Shown here: piece after piece, positions 60,467-64,000 of the stretch
Layout: each line of letters opens with the position of its first letter
Numbering within the stretch: the stretch's first letter is position 1
Assembly (NCBI GenBank): GCA_965209085.1
Contig: OZ242376.1
Span: forward strand, 992,001 to 1,056,000
Direction: 5' to 3'
Length of the DNA stretch: 64,000 nucleotides
DNA from: Nitrosopumilaceae archaeon
GTDB taxonomy: Archaea; Thermoproteota; Nitrososphaeria; Nitrososphaerales; Nitrosopumilaceae
Position numbers and translations under genes: made by a program
Notes under the pieces: generated by a model
What the model saw: the letters and a program-made list of their open reading frames with translations, nothing else
Told to the model about the DNA's origin: nothing
Database searches by the model: none

Positions 60467-60492
60467 GAGGTTTGTGCCATCATCTTGCATGT

Positions 60493-62616
60493 TTAAGGCA
60501 CGATAAACTGGATACCGTTTTTGGACAACTCTGTCATTACAAGATATGTTCCAGGTTTTAGAACTCCAAGTGATTTTTCCCAAATTGTCGTAAATTTACC
60601 CGATTGCACCGTTGCATTAAACTCATCACCAAGGGGTTCGCCATCTATTGTAGATATGACAAAGTGTATGATATCAAGATTGGGTATGTTTTTTCCGCGT
60701 ATCTCAAGTGTGTTATTATCTCGTACTGTAACTGTAATTTGTGCGCCAGATTCCATCGCTTCGATGACTTTGAATTCGGCAACGCCCACATTTGTAGCGC
60801 CGCTCTGAGCCTTTAGAGTCCATGTTCCAAACGTCGCATCGGTTGGAATTCTAAATGTGTCATCGGATATTTTTCCATTTATAGAGCTGTCCCCGCTAAA
60901 CACCTGCTTGGTTTTTATCACTGTTCCGTCAGGATCCAAAAGAGACAGATCCAAGAGAACCGGCGTGTTTGTTTCAATGTTACCTAGTACGAGTATGTCA
61001 GAACCGGGAATATATTCGGATTTTGTTGTTTTTACCGTAACAAGTCCTGTCCCGTATCCAATGTTGACTCCAAATATAGCCTCTTTTTCGATGTTTCCTT
61101 TTGTCACTATCATCGTGTATACTCCCGTGGTATAATCACCCAAATCTAGCAGATGGTTTAATCTGCCATTGGATCCAATTGTTCTCGATTCTTCAGGTTT
61201 GTTCCTATTGTCACTATCTAACACTATGATGGTGACTTTACCCGGATTGCCTTCTATTATCACGTTTACGGATTCAGATGATCTATAGTTTATTTTGTCA
61301 AGATGCAGCTCTATGCCTTTTGTTGGAAGCTCCCCCAACCCTCCAAATACGATTGCCCTCTCAGAGTTTTGAGAAATGTGCAGTGTGTACGTACCTTCCA
61401 AATCAGAGTGCTTTGTAGGAAATTCTATGCGCACGTTTCCTTCCAAATCAGGCTCTATTATCTCAGAGTATACCTCACTGCCCCTTGGATCAGTTATCGT
61501 CACATCTATTGCATGTCCGGGAAGAACTTTTCCAGTGAACGTCATGACATCGCCTGGTTCAAATTGTAGCAGTGTAGAAGAAATGTCAATTATCCGCGTA
61601 TCATCAACTGTAAACAATCGCGATTCTGTCGTACGGCCGTTTGTAGCCTGTATCGTATAAGAGCCGGCAGTCATGACAGATGGTACAAGAACATTGTGCT
61701 TCCAGTTTCCAGAGACGCTTGTTTCAATTATCTTTGATTCCAACGTAACTAGGTCAGGTCCAAATACGGTTATGACAATGTACGAGTTTTGCAGTGCGGT
61801 TCCATGAAACTCTGCAATTTCAGAAGTCTTAACATCCACAGGTCCTAAGATCATGATGCTCTCTATGGCATTTGGTGTAATCTTTGTCTTTGCGGTACCA
61901 AGCCGTATGCTAAGATCCTTGCGGTTGTCCTGCGAATCCAACAGGACAAAGTTGGTTCTATCAGCACCAATGTTTTCAGGTATGCGTGCAGTCTCCAATA
62001 TTTTGCCATTCTCTGATGCAGTATACGTACCCACAAGCTGCGATTCAATGTAAAAATCAACACTCTCGCCTGGAGATATTCCATCAGCTACTATTCTAAT
62101 GCTGGCCCCCACATTTGGCCTCTCTGGCACTATGCGAAATGACGTGGAATCTGCAATTGCGCCCCTTTGCGGTATGGGGTTATCAGGAGTGGGGGGTGTT
62201 GGCTCGGCAGGTTTATCGGCAATTATGATGCCAGAGCCTACGACATTGCCGTTTGTGTCAAATGCGTTCCAGTTTATCTGAAAATCATCAGAATCTACAG
62301 TCATGCCAAACTGTGCAGACGCTCCAGATTCCAGCGGAACCGGTGCTACAAACGTAAGAATTCCAGCAGGGTTTAATGACGCAGTCCAGTCGTTGCCAGT
62401 TTTGTATGATCTAAAATCGCCAGGATCCAACCAAACAGAGAACGTCTGTATAGTTGTACCAGGGGAATTTTTTACAGTCAGTATGGCACTTTTTCCCACC
62501 AAATCGCCTGTAACCTGCACCTGTGCAAACGATTCTACAAAGACGGACGGGGCTGCAAATAAAATGATTGTAATTACCAGTGCCAATCCGAACGTCTGTT
62601 TTGACATATAGATCAC
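60493..62616 (-). CDS. Secreted multi-Ig-like-domain surface protein
   Basis: Signal peptide, Pro-rich linker PAEPTPPTPDNP, repeated DPxG...GTYT beta-sandwich modules. Confidence 0.75.
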   Translation of the reverse strand: MIYMSKQTFGLALVITIILFAAPSVFVESFAQVQVTGDLVGKSAILTVKNSPGTTIQTFSVWLDPGDFRSYKTGNDWTASLNPAGILTFVAPVPLESGASAQFGMTVDSDDFQINWNAFDTNGNVVGSGIIIADKPAEPTPPTPDNPIPQRGAIADSTSFRIVPERPNVGASIRIVADGISPGESVDFYIESQLVGTYTASENGKILETARIPENIGADRTNFVLLDSQDNRKDLSIRLGTAKTKITPNAIESIMILGPVDVKTSEIAEFHGTALQNSYIVITVFGPDLVTLESKIIETSVSGNWKHNVLVPSVMTAGSYTIQATNGRTTESRLFTVDDTRIIDISSTLLQFEPGDVMTFTGKVLPGHAIDVTITDPRGSEVYSEIIEPDLEGNVRIEFPTKHSDLEGTYTLHISQNSERAIVFGGLGELPTKGIELHLDKINYRSSESVNVIIEGNPGKVTIIVLDSDNRNKPEESRTIGSNGRLNHLLDLGDYTTGVYTMIVTKGNIEKEAIFGVNIGYGTGLVTVKTTKSEYIPGSDILVLGNIETNTPVLLDLSLLDPDGTVIKTKQVFSGDSSINGKISDDTFRIPTDATFGTWTLKAQSGATNVGVAEFKVIEAMESGAQITVTVRDNNTLEIRGKNIPNLDIIHFVISTIDGEPLGDEFNATVQSGKFTTIWEKSLGVLKPGTYLVMTELSKNGIQFIVP

Positions 62617-64000
62617 ATTTTTGCCTTTTGTATCCTATCTATATCAGACTTTGCAGTTATATTTTGATACTGCCGGATTCTCTCTGCAATAAGCCTGTAC
62701 AGTGAACGCAGATTATCTTTTGTACGGTCTGTAAGAAATCCGGCCTCATCTAGTGCTATTTTGCCACAGATATACCGTGTAATTTCTTCGTTGTCAAATA
62801 ATCCCCAGTTATCCTCGCGCTTGTCCTCCCACATGCCCCGCAGACTGTCCAAAATTCCAACCTCGGATCTTGCCTGCACCTCACCTGCTTGTATGTCCAC
62901 GTATCCTTCACGGCGCAGTTTTATCTCGTATGTCTGATTTACTGCATGAAGGTAATCGTCGGGAATCAGGTAATCCTCAATTGATTGGACAGGTTTGCCG
63001 TCTCTTTCATAAAATATAATCTGAGAGCTGTTAAAGCCGTTTGCTGTAAGTTGTGCGGATATCTGTTTTGATTCCTCGCTGTTATCAAGCAGTACAAACG
63101 TCCTATAATCATGCTTTTTGTAAAATATCGCCAAAGGTAGCACCGAGTTTTTCGTGTATGCTGGAATCACGTTCAAAGGATTCATGGAAATGTTTGGATC
63201 CTGAAGATATCTGTCAAACGCGTTCAGATACAAACTATCCGACATTGTCTCAACTATGATTACAGGTCTGGAGTTTATGCCGTTTTCACGATCAACTATG
63301 GAGCTTACTATGCCGCGCGCGAGACCGTAGAGTATCGGCGTCAGTGTTGCATCATCAGCATTCCAATAGTCGTAAAATATGTGGCTTAGGTGTTTTTTCT
63401 TGTCAAGTTCCACCACTAGCAGATTGCCGGGGGTATAATCAAATATCATGAATGGTGAATGCGTTGCATACAAAACCTGATTAGAGCCGGCAAGTGATTT
63501 TAAAAGATCAGATATTCCCATCTGTTGTGTCGGGTGCAGGTTGCGCGCCGGCTCATCAAGTAGCAGTATGGCCTCTTTTAGTTCGGCCCTTTGTGTCTCG
63601 GCTGCAAAGTTTACTATGAATGAAAACGTCCACTTGAACCCTTCAGCGCGCCTGTTTAAGAGACCCGTGTTTGTAACGGTTCCATCATGGTGAACATCAG
63701 ATATTACCACGCTCATTATGTTACCTGGCTGGTAGGTGAGGCTCACGTGTATCGGGTCCCCTTTCCATGCCGGATTTAAGCGCGATGTGAGTCTGTTGCT
63801 TGCAGTGTTTAGGAATTTTATGAGTCGGGACGGACTATCGTGTAAACTTTCCATTTTTTCCACGTCCAATTCTGCAAGATAAAACAAATTACGGACAGTT
63901 TCAGCTTTGTCAAATTCCTCCACATATTCAAGTTCGTTATACACCTTGCCTTTGGAGTTTTTTACGTATTCGTTTAGATTTATGTTTCCATAGATTTTTT
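62613..64000 (-). CDS. OLD-family ATP-dependent endonuclease-like protein (ABC ATPase + TOPRIM), 5' end outside window
   Basis: LLLDEPARNLHP, YATHSPF, then TOPRIM-like IIVETMSD...FVLLDN...SIED; frame open to the window edge. Confidence 0.75.
   Translation of the reverse strand, partial: KIYGNINLNEYVKNSKGKVYNELEYVEEFDKAETVRNLFYLAELDVEKMESLHDSPSRLIKFLNTASNRLTSRLNPAWKGDPIHVSLTYQPGNIMSVVISDVHHDGTVTNTGLLNRRAEGFKWTFSFIVNFAAETQRAELKEAILLLDEPARNLHPTQQMGISDLLKSLAGSNQVLYATHSPFMIFDYTPGNLLVVELDKKKHLSHIFYDYWNADDATLTPILYGLARGIVSSIVDRENGINSRPVIIVETMSDSLYLNAFDRYLQDPNISMNPLNVIPAYTKNSVLPLAIFYKKHDYRTFVLLDNSEESKQISAQLTANGFNSSQIIFYERDGKPVQSIEDYLIPDDYLHAVNQTYEIKLRREGYVDIQAGEVQARSEVGILDSLRGMWEDKREDNWGLFDNEEITRYICGKIALDEAGFLTDRTKDNLRSLYRLIAERIRQYQNITAKSDIDRIQKAKM

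Overview
Archaeal window, most consistent with a Nitrosopumilaceae-like thaumarchaeote (rpl15e, Tsr3, A/V-ATPase F, Vps4/CdvC, PEF-CTERM-type protein); the giant adhesins and decayed IS elements fit a host-associated lineage (inference). About half of the window is two convergent giant surface-protein genes (5285 aa, +; 5128 aa, -) that share a signal peptide, Ig-like stalk modules and a near-identical ~320-aa C-terminus but carry different beta-propeller heads. The rest is housekeeping (rad50 3' end, tRNA-Asn, NDH-2, lsrF, carA/carB, cdvC, iscA, bioF/bioB, OLD-like nuclease) plus IS3 and IS5 remnants. The most striking observation is in carB: a 21-nt stop-containing insertion folds into a bulge-helix-bulge/loop splice motif, and canonical cleavage exactly restores the conserved GEFDYSG sequence. 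This is a candidate mRNA intron in an archaeal protein-coding gene. The adjacent carA lacks any canonical start codon for its conserved N-terminus. Other oddities are a (TA)12 tract at the TATA position of giant gene 1, a 68-bp inverted repeat around tRNA-Asn+ndh, and inverted IS3 copies bracketing giant gene 2.
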